From Candidatus Magasanikiibacteriota bacterium (GTDB lineage: Bacteria; Patescibacteriota; Patescibacteriia; Magasanikbacterales; GWA2-37-8): a DNA stretch of 64,000 bases. How positions within the stretch are numbered: the stretch's first letter is position 1; each line of letters opens with the position of its first letter. Below, in pieces: positions 19,176-27,159 of this stretch. The stretch lies in contig JAGOQR010000002.1 in NCBI GenBank assembly GCA_017991415.1, positions 204,736 through 268,735 on the forward strand, read 5' to 3'. The translations under genes and the position numbers were made by a program. The notes beneath the pieces are model-generated. The model was not told the DNA's origin and made no database searches. It was given only the letters and a program-made list of their open reading frames with translations.

Positions 19176-19523
19176 TCAGCGTCGCTCGCCCAGCGCCTTG
19201 AGCGTCTGGCGAATCGTCTGATGACGACTCGGACTTGAGCTGAGCTTGGCATCTTGAATGGTCTTGGCGACCCCCTCCATGCCAGGACACAGCTCCTGAA
19301 ACCAGTTCGACGCCTCGAAGGCGGCGGCGGCCATCACCTCGTCGGTGTAGGCCAACTGATTCTCCGCCCACTGAGGCAGATGATCGCAGAACACACGAAC
19401 CTTGCTCTGCAGATCTTGGAGCTTGACGAGCTCCGACTGCTGCTTGGCACTGTTGTCGCTGGCGCCCGAAGAGCACGCAGCAACGAGGGACACGATGGCC
19501 GTGACGATGAAGACGGTCTTCAC
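19176..19523 (-). CDS. Small lipoprotein (GC-rich island gene 3), hypothetical
   Basis: Signal peptide plus lipobox (MKTVFIVTAIVSLVAACSSG). A GTG start overlaps the TGA stop of the upstream gene (GTGA). GC3-rich codons. Confidence 0.5.
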   Translation of the reverse strand: MKTVFIVTAIVSLVAACSSGASDNSAKQQSELVKLQDLQSKVRVFCDHLPQWAENQLAYTDEVMAAAAFEASNWFQELCPGMEGVAKTIQDAKLSSSPSRHQTIRQTLKALGERR

Positions 19524-20851
19524 GACTCGTCCTCCCGCTCATTGCCTTCGAGACCCGGAATGACGAACATGCCTCGCATCATCTTCTCCCTCTCCTTCTG
19601 ATCCTTCTTCTTCTGGTCTTCCTTCTTCTGCGAATCGTCCACGAAGTCAGCCAGCTCCTCGTCCCTGCTGTGCTTGAGCTTCACCCACGCATCGCCGGCA
19701 TCGCCGCGCCAGGGGGTCGACGCACTTTCGTTGTCAGCCCCGTAGAACTTGATGACATGGGACACGGACTCCTTACCTCGCTTTGCCTCCATCTCTGCGA
19801 TCGCCATCTTGTGCATGGCGGCGGGGACGAACCTGATGAACCGCAGCGTTTCAGGAGTGGTCCCTTCGGGTGCACCGTTCAACTCGAGCTGAGAACGACG
19901 AGCGACGTAGCCCTCGAGGAGAACCACCATCCGCTCACCCGGCTTGAATTCCACGATTCGGTACTGCCCCATGTCCTCCCCGAACTGCAGGTCCTTCTGA
20001 ACCTCGCCGAGCCGACACGCCTCGAACTGCTCGAGGAGCCACTGCACATTCGAGACGAACGCCTCGATGCTGGTGGTCTGCTTGTCCTGGATCGCCTCCA
20101 AGAAAGCGCGCTTCCAGTTGTGGGTCTTACCTCCGATGCTGTCGAACATGACGCTGATCATGTCGGAGACACCCCCTTCGAGAACATCCAGGTAGACCTG
20201 GCTGTTCTCGGGGTGTTCCCCGTTCGGCAGGCGCACATCGCGCAACTTCGTACGCAACACCTGACCACCGATCGCCACCACCTGCTCCATACCACTCGCA
20301 ACATCCACGATGACCCCGGCAGTCCTGGGCGCGACCGTGGCAATATGCCACGCCTCGCTCTCGAGCGCCTTGGCCCAGGAGGCAACGACCGGCTTGAAGA
20401 ACGCCATACTTCCGAGGAACATCATGTCGGCGAACCCATCGAGCAAGCGCTGCCGATGCATCTTCTCGAGGATCCGACCGATCCGGATGCGCACGAAGGC
20501 CGCGTGCACCCGCTGCCCCAGGAGACCCAACTGCAGGATGATCTTGTCCGTGAGGTTCGCGGCCTGCTCGGCATCGAGCGAACACTCGTCCGTATCACCC
20601 TGCGAGCCGTTGGGACCACAGGGGTCAACCGCATCGACGTAGCCGTCGCCGGTCATCGTGACCTCGCGCGAGCTAGCCGTCACGGGCTGCTTCCTCGGCG
20701 GAAGCCCCTGGGTGAGCGTACGCTTCCCAGGAGCCGACGACGACCGCCGCCGCGCCGAACCACCCGCACCAGCACGGTGCGAGGTGTCGCGAGTAGTGTC
20801 CGCCGCATCATCCGAAGCCGTACCACTGTCCTGAAGCTTGTCGTAGCCCAT
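19520..20851 (-). CDS. Hypothetical ~443-aa protein (GC-rich island gene 2); disordered S/T/G/R-rich N-terminus, KE-rich acidic tail; no recognisable family
   Basis: Long GC3-rich ORF. The most plausible start is ATG at 20851 (MGYDKLQ), preceded by AAGGAAG 7 nt upstream. The track ORF extends to 20938 through the promoter region. No Walker motifs or other signatures recognised. Confidence 0.5.
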   Translation of the reverse strand: MGYDKLQDSGTASDDAADTTRDTSHRAGAGGSARRRSSSAPGKRTLTQGLPPRKQPVTASSREVTMTGDGYVDAVDPCGPNGSQGDTDECSLDAEQAANLTDKIILQLGLLGQRVHAAFVRIRIGRILEKMHRQRLLDGFADMMFLGSMAFFKPVVASWAKALESEAWHIATVAPRTAGVIVDVASGMEQVVAIGGQVLRTKLRDVRLPNGEHPENSQVYLDVLEGGVSDMISVMFDSIGGKTHNWKRAFLEAIQDKQTTSIEAFVSNVQWLLEQFEACRLGEVQKDLQFGEDMGQYRIVEFKPGERMVVLLEGYVARRSQLELNGAPEGTTPETLRFIRFVPAAMHKMAIAEMEAKRGKESVSHVIKFYGADNESASTPWRGDAGDAWVKLKHSRDEELADFVDDSQKKEDQKKKDQKEREKMMRGMFVIPGLEGNEREDES

Positions 20852-20928
20852 GGCACACTTCCTTGGGATGCGACGAAGCACCCCTATTTCACACGGGTTG
20901 GTTTGAACAACTTTGCAAACTAATAGTA

Positions 20929-20957
20929 GTCTTACCACGTTTTACCCATTTTGTCAA
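20929..20957 (-). promoter_or_regulatory. Putative promoter (TTGACAAA -35, TGgTAAGAC extended -10) for island gene 2, located in an AT-rich spacer
   Basis: Minus strand TTGACAaaatgggtaaaacgTGgTAAGAC. The -35 is identical to other host promoters in the window. Confidence 0.35.
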
Positions 20958-21008
20958 TGTAACCACGTCCGATTTAAATTCAAAAAATAAAAATGTATAA
21001 AAAAAATA

Positions 21009-21036
21009 AAGTAGTTTATTATAATAAACTACTTTA
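21009..21036 (-). terminator. Perfect 28-nt AT-rich palindrome AAAGTAGTTTATTATAATAAACTACTTT followed by a U-run on the minus strand (terminator of island gene 1)
   Basis: Stem of ~12 bp. The minus-strand downstream sequence is AUUUUUUUUAUACAUUUUUAUUUUUUG. Confidence 0.55.
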
Positions 21037-21099
21037 TAAAGTCCACGATAACCTCTTGCTTGGCACGCGTCGTGGTTGCACGCGCCAAATTGTTGTCCT

Positions 21100-22104
21100 C
21101 TACACCAAACCAAAGAGCACTGCTGAAGCTAGCGAAGTGACCAGAAGCGCCACGCCAGCGATTAGCACCAACCGATTGAATCGGCTAGGCTGCTCAAGCT
21201 GCTCAACAGGCGCGGGCAAAGTCGGCTCGCAGAGCACATGATCAGGCAACCGCCCTCTCACGCACAGGTAGTGAGCCCCAGCACCGATATGGTGCTGCAT
21301 GTCCACCCAGATGAGCAGAACAAGTTTCCGCAACTTTTCGGGGAAGCGCGGCAATCCATCTCGCCACACATTCGTCTTGGCGAGTGCGTGAAGGCACAGA
21401 TCTTGCCAATTCACCTTCACCACGAGCGAGCCCTCCGAACTATCGTTTACGGTCGTGGTCCAAGCACCGTCTGGCGCCGCTTCATCGAGGAGGCGCTTCA
21501 ATTCCTCGAGAAATCCCAGCCAAGAAAGTTCCAGTGCCACCTGAACGGTTGGCATACTGGCCTCCTTACTTGGCAAGATTGGTATTGCAAACCGCACAGT
21601 CTGCAATGCAAATGCAGGACTGGGAGGCGGCGGCGTTTCAACAAACAGCAGTGTCCTTCGACGGGCGGGCTTGAGATCTTCATCACGAATACGATTCGTA
21701 TGACCCTCATCGTCCAACACCGCTACGACAGCACCGCTGTTCACTGCATCACGAGTATCGTCATCAAAGGAGCCGATGACACCTCCCCCAAGGGAGAGGA
21801 GCTCATCAAGCGACGTGCTATTCGGAGGCCGCAACGGACCACCCGGCGTCGGCGGCAAGCTGCTGGCTTCGGTTGACTCTGCATCAACCTGCATCGGCAC
21901 ATCCTGAACCAATATTTCTGCCGGCACAGGAGTACGAACCGTCTCAGCACCCTCACCAAACGCCTCAGCCCTTTCTCCCAGGGCAGAATCAGGATTTTTC
22001 ACCATGACCATTGCCTCTCTGGGAGATTCCACTGCGCTTGTGGCGCGGTCTCCCAACCTTTTTCCATTGTAAGCTCTTTTCTCTTGGTGCACTTCGCACA
22101 ACAA
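21100..22104 (-). CDS. Hypothetical C-terminally membrane-anchored protein (GC-rich island gene 1); Pro/acidic-rich N-terminal half
   Basis: GC3-rich ORF. The C-terminal 22 residues (LVLIAGVALLVTSLASAVLFGLV) form a TM helix at the extreme C-terminus. The track start is a TTG; an ATG with a GAGAGG SD at ~22017 (MVMVKNPD) is more plausible. No recognisable domain. Confidence 0.45.
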   Translation of the reverse strand: MLCEVHQEKRAYNGKRLGDRATSAVESPREAMVMVKNPDSALGERAEAFGEGAETVRTPVPAEILVQDVPMQVDAESTEASSLPPTPGGPLRPPNSTSLDELLSLGGGVIGSFDDDTRDAVNSGAVVAVLDDEGHTNRIRDEDLKPARRRTLLFVETPPPPSPAFALQTVRFAIPILPSKEASMPTVQVALELSWLGFLEELKRLLDEAAPDGAWTTTVNDSSEGSLVVKVNWQDLCLHALAKTNVWRDGLPRFPEKLRKLVLLIWVDMQHHIGAGAHYLCVRGRLPDHVLCEPTLPAPVEQLEQPSRFNRLVLIAGVALLVTSLASAVLFGLV

Positions 22105-22121
22105 GAAAGAGCTATAGAAGT

Positions 22122-22151
22122 ATTGGTAGCAAAATCACACCATTTTGTCAA
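22122..22151 (-). promoter_or_regulatory. Putative promoter (-35 TTGACAAA) for island gene 1
   Basis: Minus strand TTGACAaaatggtgtgattttgcTACCAA. The -35 is at plus 22146-22151 and the -10 is weak. Confidence 0.3.
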
Positions 22152-22174
22152 TACTTCTAACCCACTATTTTAAT

Positions 22175-22213
22175 CAAAAAACCCTACTTTGAGCACTACT
22201 CAAGTAGGGTTTT
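22175..22213 (-). terminator. asnS terminator hairpin AAAACCCTACTT..AAGTAGGGTTTTTT
   Basis: Stem CCCTACTT/AAGTAGGG followed by a U-run on the minus strand, directly after the asnS stop. Confidence 0.6.
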
Positions 22214-22239
22214 AAATTGAAATTAATCTCGTATTGTCA

Positions 22240-23532
22240 CTATGGCTTCAAACGGCCAATCGTTCGAGGGAACGGAATTGCTTCACGAATATGCTCTACT
22301 CCTGTTATCCAACGTACGGTGCGTTCTAGACCAATACCAAAACCAGAATGAGGCACACTACCATACTTACGCAAATCTAAATACCAATCATATTCCGCTT
22401 CGTTTAACCCTTCATGCTTTATTCGTTCTACCAATAAATCAAAATTATCCTCACGCTGACTTCCACCAATCAACTCTCCTGCCCCTTCCGTCGCAATCAG
22501 ATCATCATTTAAAACGAGCTCTGGATTCTGCGGATCACGTTTCATATAAAATGGCTTAATACTCTTTGGCCATTTAGCAATAAAAATAGGCACTTCACTA
22601 TCTTTGGTGAGCAAGCCTTCATCATCATTACCCAGATCTTCTCCGTATTTTATATCCGAACCAAGTTCGTGCAATTTGGCAATTGCTTCGTCATAACTCA
22701 ACCGAGTAAATGGCTTATCAGCTTTTTCAAGAGGTTCCAAATTTCGTTCTAATATTTTTAATTCTTCCTGACAATTGGTAAGGCAATACCGAATAATATA
22801 CCGAACCAACCCTTCTTGGATATTTAAATTTTGCTCGTGCTCTACAAATGCCGCCTCTGCATCCATCATCCAAAATTCTGTAAGATGTCTTTTGGTTTTA
22901 CTTTTTTCTGCTCGAAATACTGGTCCAAAATCATAACAACGGCCTACCGACGCAATCGCTGCTTCTATATAAAGCTGACCAGACTGAGATAAGTAAGCTG
23001 TACCTAAATCAAAATATGGCACCGGGAAGAGGGTGGTAGTGCCTTCGCACGCATTTGGTGTAAACACTGGTGAATCTACTTTGATAAAATGTTCTGTATG
23101 TAAGTATTCGTTAATAGCAGTAATAATTGCATCTCGTACGCGTAATATTGCCCATTGTTTTTTACTTCGCAACCATAGATGTCTATTTTCCATCAAAAAA
23201 TCTGGGCCATGCTCTTTATGGGCAATTGGATATTCTTGAGCCAATTGAATAATAGAAAAACGAGTTACTTGTAATTCAAATACATTTTCTCGCTTTGGAT
23301 GTTTAGCAACCTTACCAGTCACAATCACAGATGTCTCTTGGGTCGCTTTTTCTACCTCTTCCCAAACTGCGGGGTCTAGTTCGGCTTTAGCGGCTACTGC
23401 CTGCACCCAACCAGAACCATCACGCAACTCCAAAAAAGCAATTGGTCCAGAAGAACGTTTATTGTAGAGCCAGCCTTTAATTTCAACTTCTTGGCCGACG
23501 AGTGATGATAAATTTTTAATAAATGTTTGCAT
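22240..23532 (-). CDS. asnS: Asparaginyl-tRNA synthetase
   Basis: 430 aa class II aaRS with an N-terminal OB fold and FRAEKSKTKRHLTEFWMMDAEAAF (AsnRS-type motif 2, EFWM). There is no GAD insertion. Confidence 0.8.
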   Translation of the reverse strand: MQTFIKNLSSLVGQEVEIKGWLYNKRSSGPIAFLELRDGSGWVQAVAAKAELDPAVWEEVEKATQETSVIVTGKVAKHPKRENVFELQVTRFSIIQLAQEYPIAHKEHGPDFLMENRHLWLRSKKQWAILRVRDAIITAINEYLHTEHFIKVDSPVFTPNACEGTTTLFPVPYFDLGTAYLSQSGQLYIEAAIASVGRCYDFGPVFRAEKSKTKRHLTEFWMMDAEAAFVEHEQNLNIQEGLVRYIIRYCLTNCQEELKILERNLEPLEKADKPFTRLSYDEAIAKLHELGSDIKYGEDLGNDDEGLLTKDSEVPIFIAKWPKSIKPFYMKRDPQNPELVLNDDLIATEGAGELIGGSQREDNFDLLVERIKHEGLNEAEYDWYLDLRKYGSVPHSGFGIGLERTVRWITGVEHIREAIPFPRTIGRLKP

Positions 23533-23556
23533 AATTGTATATTAAATCTTATCGAG

Positions 23557-24162
23557 TTATCTACCAATCCTATCACTTTCTATAAATTTGGCAAGTTTAA
23601 CACCAGAATGGATTTGAGCAAAATGGTGAGCAAACTCAGAGGCCTCTCGCGTCTGCACCTCGGACAATACAAGACTATTTACACTGCCCCAATCACGTTC
23701 CAGCCAAAATAAATAACGCGGATCCTCTACACTAAACCCCAGATAATGCCATAATTTAAGAATAAAGGCTGTGGCCAAATGGGTAGCATTAATTTTTTCT
23801 GCTGAATCTAAAAATTCAAAAAAACTACGTAAAAAATCAAACACCCTATCGTCACGTTCCCCTACCAAGATATGCTGATGAGCAAGCGTAGCCCCGTAAC
23901 CAGCTAAAAAAATTTTATCCAAATCATTATAAATATTTTTAAAAAATCTGACTGACTGCACTTTGGTAAGATGATTTATCTCTTTACCTTCCGCAACTTC
24001 TATATCAACGACCGAAAAAATCTCTAAATTAGAAGAATTCTTACTCGTAATTTTTTTGATACCTTTGGCAAGGACTTCTATTTTACCTTGACCCAAAACA
24101 AATAACGATACTATCTGATCAAACTCTCTCATATTATGACGAGACAAAACAATAGAGAGCAT
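23557..24162 (-). CDS. recO: DNA repair protein RecO (short form)
   Basis: N-terminal OB-fold pattern VLSRHNMREFDQIVSLFVLGQGKIEVLAKGIKK, typical of RecO; 201 aa. Confidence 0.55.
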   Translation of the reverse strand: MLSIVLSRHNMREFDQIVSLFVLGQGKIEVLAKGIKKITSKNSSNLEIFSVVDIEVAEGKEINHLTKVQSVRFFKNIYNDLDKIFLAGYGATLAHQHILVGERDDRVFDFLRSFFEFLDSAEKINATHLATAFILKLWHYLGFSVEDPRYLFWLERDWGSVNSLVLSEVQTREASEFAHHFAQIHSGVKLAKFIESDRIGR

Positions 24163-24168
24163 ACAAAA

Positions 24169-25407
24169 CTATACAAAAGAAGAAATCACTAAAATAATAG
24201 TGGCCACAATAATACCAATAATAGTAAGCCAAGAAATAACATTACCTATCGGACGATTAATATGTTCGCCCATTATTTTTTTATTATTAATAATCTTCAT
24301 GACAAAAATTAGAATAAATGGCAATAAAATTCCATTTATATCCTGAGACAAAACCATAATTTTAAGCAAAGAAATTTTTGGTACCAACACAAAAATTACT
24401 GGCACTATTATTGAAAATAAAATAATACTATAAAAAATCTTTCCCGTTTGCCAGGTAGTATCAAATCCATATTCCCAACCAAATGCTTCACAAACTGCAT
24501 AGGCGGTAGCTACTGGCAAAATAAAAGCACCAAGCATAGAAGCGCTAAATAAGCCGAACGCAAATAAACCTTGCGCAAAATGACCTGCAATCGGAGCAAG
24601 GCCCATAGCCGCATCTTTGGCATCGGAAATTTTTAGACCATGCTTATAAAAAACAGTGGCTGTGCTAATAATAATAAAGAAACTTACAATATTAGTAATG
24701 AAAGCCCCTGCAAAAACTTCGGCTTTTTCTACCTTATAATGTTTTAGATCCAAACCTTTATCCACCACAAATGATTGAATAAAAAACTGACCCCATGGCG
24801 TTATGGTAGTACCAATAAGCGCTATCATAGCCAGAAGGAACGGAGTATTGAACTCCATAGTTGGATGGACAAAACTTTTGAACGCAGCACCAAAGTCTGG
24901 ATTTACAATAAAACCGTTAATAATATAAACAATATAAAAAGCGGAAAAAATAAGAAAAACCTTTTGAGCTGTTTTAAAAGATCCTTTATAAAGGATTAGC
25001 CAGACGACCAAAGCCGCAATAGACACTGTAATATATTTGCTAATATTAAATATCTCAAAAGACGAAGCAATACCTGCAAATTCAGCAGTTATCGTACCGA
25101 GATTAGCCACAAGCATGGCGAGCATAGCAAAAGCTGTCCATCTCAAACCAAAATTTTCTCTAATTACCCCTCCTAGTCCCTGACGAGTTACTAGTCCAAT
25201 ACGGACTCCCATTTCTTGTGTAATAGCCAAGGACAATGTAATAAGTAACAGAACCCACAGCATTTTAAAGCCAAACTCCGAACCAACCAAAGAATATGTA
25301 CTTATCCCCCCGGCATCATTATCAGCATTCGCTGCAATAATCCCTGGACCAATTACACTAAAAAAGAAAATTACCTTTGGCCAAAAATGTTTCGATTTAG
25401 TAAACAT
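24169..25407 (-). CDS. Nramp/SLC11-family divalent cation transporter with non-canonical metal-site motifs (NRMT-like, possibly Mg2+)
   Basis: GPGIIAANADNDAGGISTYSLVGSEFGFKMLWVLLL aligns with the Nramp TM1 signature [36 protein letters not shown], with DPGN replaced by D-A-G-G. The TM6 motif reads TITPW instead of IMPH. ~11 TM helices; 412 aa. Confidence 0.75.
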   Translation of the reverse strand: MFTKSKHFWPKVIFFFSVIGPGIIAANADNDAGGISTYSLVGSEFGFKMLWVLLLITLSLAITQEMGVRIGLVTRQGLGGVIRENFGLRWTAFAMLAMLVANLGTITAEFAGIASSFEIFNISKYITVSIAALVVWLILYKGSFKTAQKVFLIFSAFYIVYIINGFIVNPDFGAAFKSFVHPTMEFNTPFLLAMIALIGTTITPWGQFFIQSFVVDKGLDLKHYKVEKAEVFAGAFITNIVSFFIIISTATVFYKHGLKISDAKDAAMGLAPIAGHFAQGLFAFGLFSASMLGAFILPVATAYAVCEAFGWEYGFDTTWQTGKIFYSIILFSIIVPVIFVLVPKISLLKIMVLSQDINGILLPFILIFVMKIINNKKIMGEHINRPIGNVISWLTIIGIIVATIILVISSFV

Positions 25408-25425
25408 ACAAAAAACTTATATCGC

Positions 25426-25521
25426 TTTCAAGAAAGTATTAATTTTATTACTGGCCATCGCACCTCCGCAGAGGCGACTGAAAGGAGTCTGGTCAGTAAT
25501 TAAATTAATACTTTCTTGAAA
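25426..25521. repeat. 96-bp element: 31-bp near-perfect inverted repeats flanking a 34-nt GC-rich structured core, in the 120-bp spacer between the MgtE_N/CBS gene and the Nramp gene
   Basis: TTTCAAGAAAGTATTAATTTTATTACTGGCC ... GGTCAGTAATTAAATTAATACTTTCTTGAAA (2 mismatches/31). The core contains CCTCCGCAGAGG and GACTGAAAGGAGTC mini-hairpins. It ends 18 nt before the Nramp ATG. Confidence 0.7.
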
Positions 25522-25527
25522 CTAAAC

Positions 25528-26736
25528 CTACGCATGAGGCACAAAATGCCTCATCACATCATCTACCGTAATTACCCCTAACAATTTTTCTTCCTCATCA
25601 AGTACTGCTAAGGCTGTTAAATTATATTTAGTCATCAAAATCGCAATCTCTGAAACCGTCTGCCCAACCGTAGCTGTTATCTTTTTCTCTACATCGATAA
25701 GCTCTTTCATTGTCTGATTTCTTTCGGAAACAAGCAACTTACGGACAGATACGACACCTTTAAAAAAATTATCCTCATCAGTAACATACACAAAATAAAT
25801 ACCCCGGTGCATATGATACGATTTTTTAATCTCTTCAACAACCTCTTGCACCGTAGTACCAAGAACTGCGGAAATATATTCTGTGGTCATAAGACCTCCA
25901 GCAGTATCTTCGTTATACTCCAAAATAGTTCTTACTTTTTGTTTACTATCAGAAGGTAAATTCTGCATGATTTCTTTGGACTTGTAATCTGGTAACATCT
26001 GAATCAAATCCACCAGCTCATCAATAGACATTTTTTGCATCACACTCGCTGCTCTTTCAGAGCCTAAATTTTGTACCAAAATCTTTTGCAACTCTGGTTC
26101 TAGCTCTTCCAGAACTTGAGCAGCTGTTTTTTTATCTAATACCTGCAATAGCTCGCTACCCTGGTTTAGATTTAATTTTTCAATAATATTTGCAATATCT
26201 GCTGGATGCAATTTAACCAGCTCTTTACCACTCATAGAAAGCTGCAACTTATCACCCAAAAGTTTTACATTCTTCCACTCTAATAATTCGGGCTGTAAAA
26301 AACTAAACAGCTTTGAAGCGCCAAAACCGAGTCGTCGCAACAAACCGAGCTTGCCAATATCAAGCGCCACCAAACACATCAACCCTTTAACCATGCCGAG
26401 CTGAAGATCGTTTACTCGCACCACACGCACACCAGCCATATCTACTATCTGACGATCAAGCACTGTCTCTCGTAAAAAGACCAGCCCCTTCTCATCTGAC
26501 GTCAAAAAAGTAACATCAGAAATAATATTTTTTAATGTTATATAATTTTTACCAAACGTTTCTACCTCGCTCGCATGCACCATTTTTTTGTCCTTACGTT
26601 TATCTACATATTGTATGGCAAATACCGAAGGAAAGCCCTCGTTATTTATTTTGATTACCACATCATGCACCTTACCAATAATTGTATCGGCCTGATCACG
26701 GACTTCGCCTCCTAAAATATTACTAAAAAAAAGCAT
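25528..26736 (-). CDS. Soluble MgtE_N + tandem CBS domain protein (PRC-barrel-like N-terminus), no transmembrane domain
   Basis: MgtE N-domain signature ending ...ILEYNEDTAGGLMTTEYISA (cf. YPEDSAGGIMTTEYV), followed by two CBS domains. There is no C-terminal MgtE TM region; 402 aa. Confidence 0.7.
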   Translation of the reverse strand: MLFFSNILGGEVRDQADTIIGKVHDVVIKINNEGFPSVFAIQYVDKRKDKKMVHASEVETFGKNYITLKNIISDVTFLTSDEKGLVFLRETVLDRQIVDMAGVRVVRVNDLQLGMVKGLMCLVALDIGKLGLLRRLGFGASKLFSFLQPELLEWKNVKLLGDKLQLSMSGKELVKLHPADIANIIEKLNLNQGSELLQVLDKKTAAQVLEELEPELQKILVQNLGSERAASVMQKMSIDELVDLIQMLPDYKSKEIMQNLPSDSKQKVRTILEYNEDTAGGLMTTEYISAVLGTTVQEVVEEIKKSYHMHRGIYFVYVTDEDNFFKGVVSVRKLLVSERNQTMKELIDVEKKITATVGQTVSEIAILMTKYNLTALAVLDEEEKLLGVITVDDVMRHFVPHA

Positions 26737-26762
26737 ATAATTTTTAAAATCCCACTTAACTC

Positions 26763-27149
26763 TTATTTAATTTTATCAAAATAACTTTGTAAAATTATCA
26801 TAGCAGATTTTTCATCACGACTCGCCCCTCCACTCATTCTATCACTTGCGTGCGAAGAAAAAATTTCATTAACAAATTCGAGAGGAATACCGATTTCTTT
26901 TTTTAAATCATCAAAAAACTCTGTAACGCGAGCTGTATTTTTATTTTCACTGCCATCTAACCCGAGTGGCAACCCAGCTATTATTTTGTCTATCTTATAT
27001 TCTCGTACTATAGCAGCTATTTTTTTTAATGCTTCGGCATGATTGGTATTATCTACAATACCAAAAGGCACAACAACTGATACAGCAGAATTTGCTTTTG
27101 CAAGGCCAATATTTTTAGTGCCATAATCAATGCCTAACAAATTCAACAT
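26763..27149 (-). CDS. ruvX: Holliday-junction resolvase-like nuclease YqgF/RuvX
   Basis: N-terminal LGIDYGTKNIGLA (RNase H-like YqgF motif); 128 aa. Confidence 0.8.
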   Translation of the reverse strand: MLNLLGIDYGTKNIGLAKANSAVSVVVPFGIVDNTNHAEALKKIAAIVREYKIDKIIAGLPLGLDGSENKNTARVTEFFDDLKKEIGIPLEFVNEIFSSHASDRMSGGASRDEKSAMIILQSYFDKIK

Positions 27150-27159
27150 ACAAATTTTA

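Noticed and set aside
19670-20923. 417-aa plus-strand ORF, plus several 60-210 aa ORFs on both strands inside the 19-22 kb GC-rich region (e.g. 19045-19542, 20127-20585, 21238-21876, 21384-21674).
   Set aside because: High GC suppresses stop codons, so long antisense or out-of-frame ORFs are expected. Their translations are Arg/Pro/Gly-rich and low-complexity. Promoters, SD, the GTGA coupling and terminators all support the three minus-strand genes instead.
21009-21036. The 28-nt AT palindrome inside the GC island as a possible transposon terminal inverted repeat or integration site.
   Set aside because: It is a single palindrome, not a pair of separated inverted repeats. It sits where a terminator is expected, immediately followed by a U-run on the coding strand. 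No transposase is nearby.
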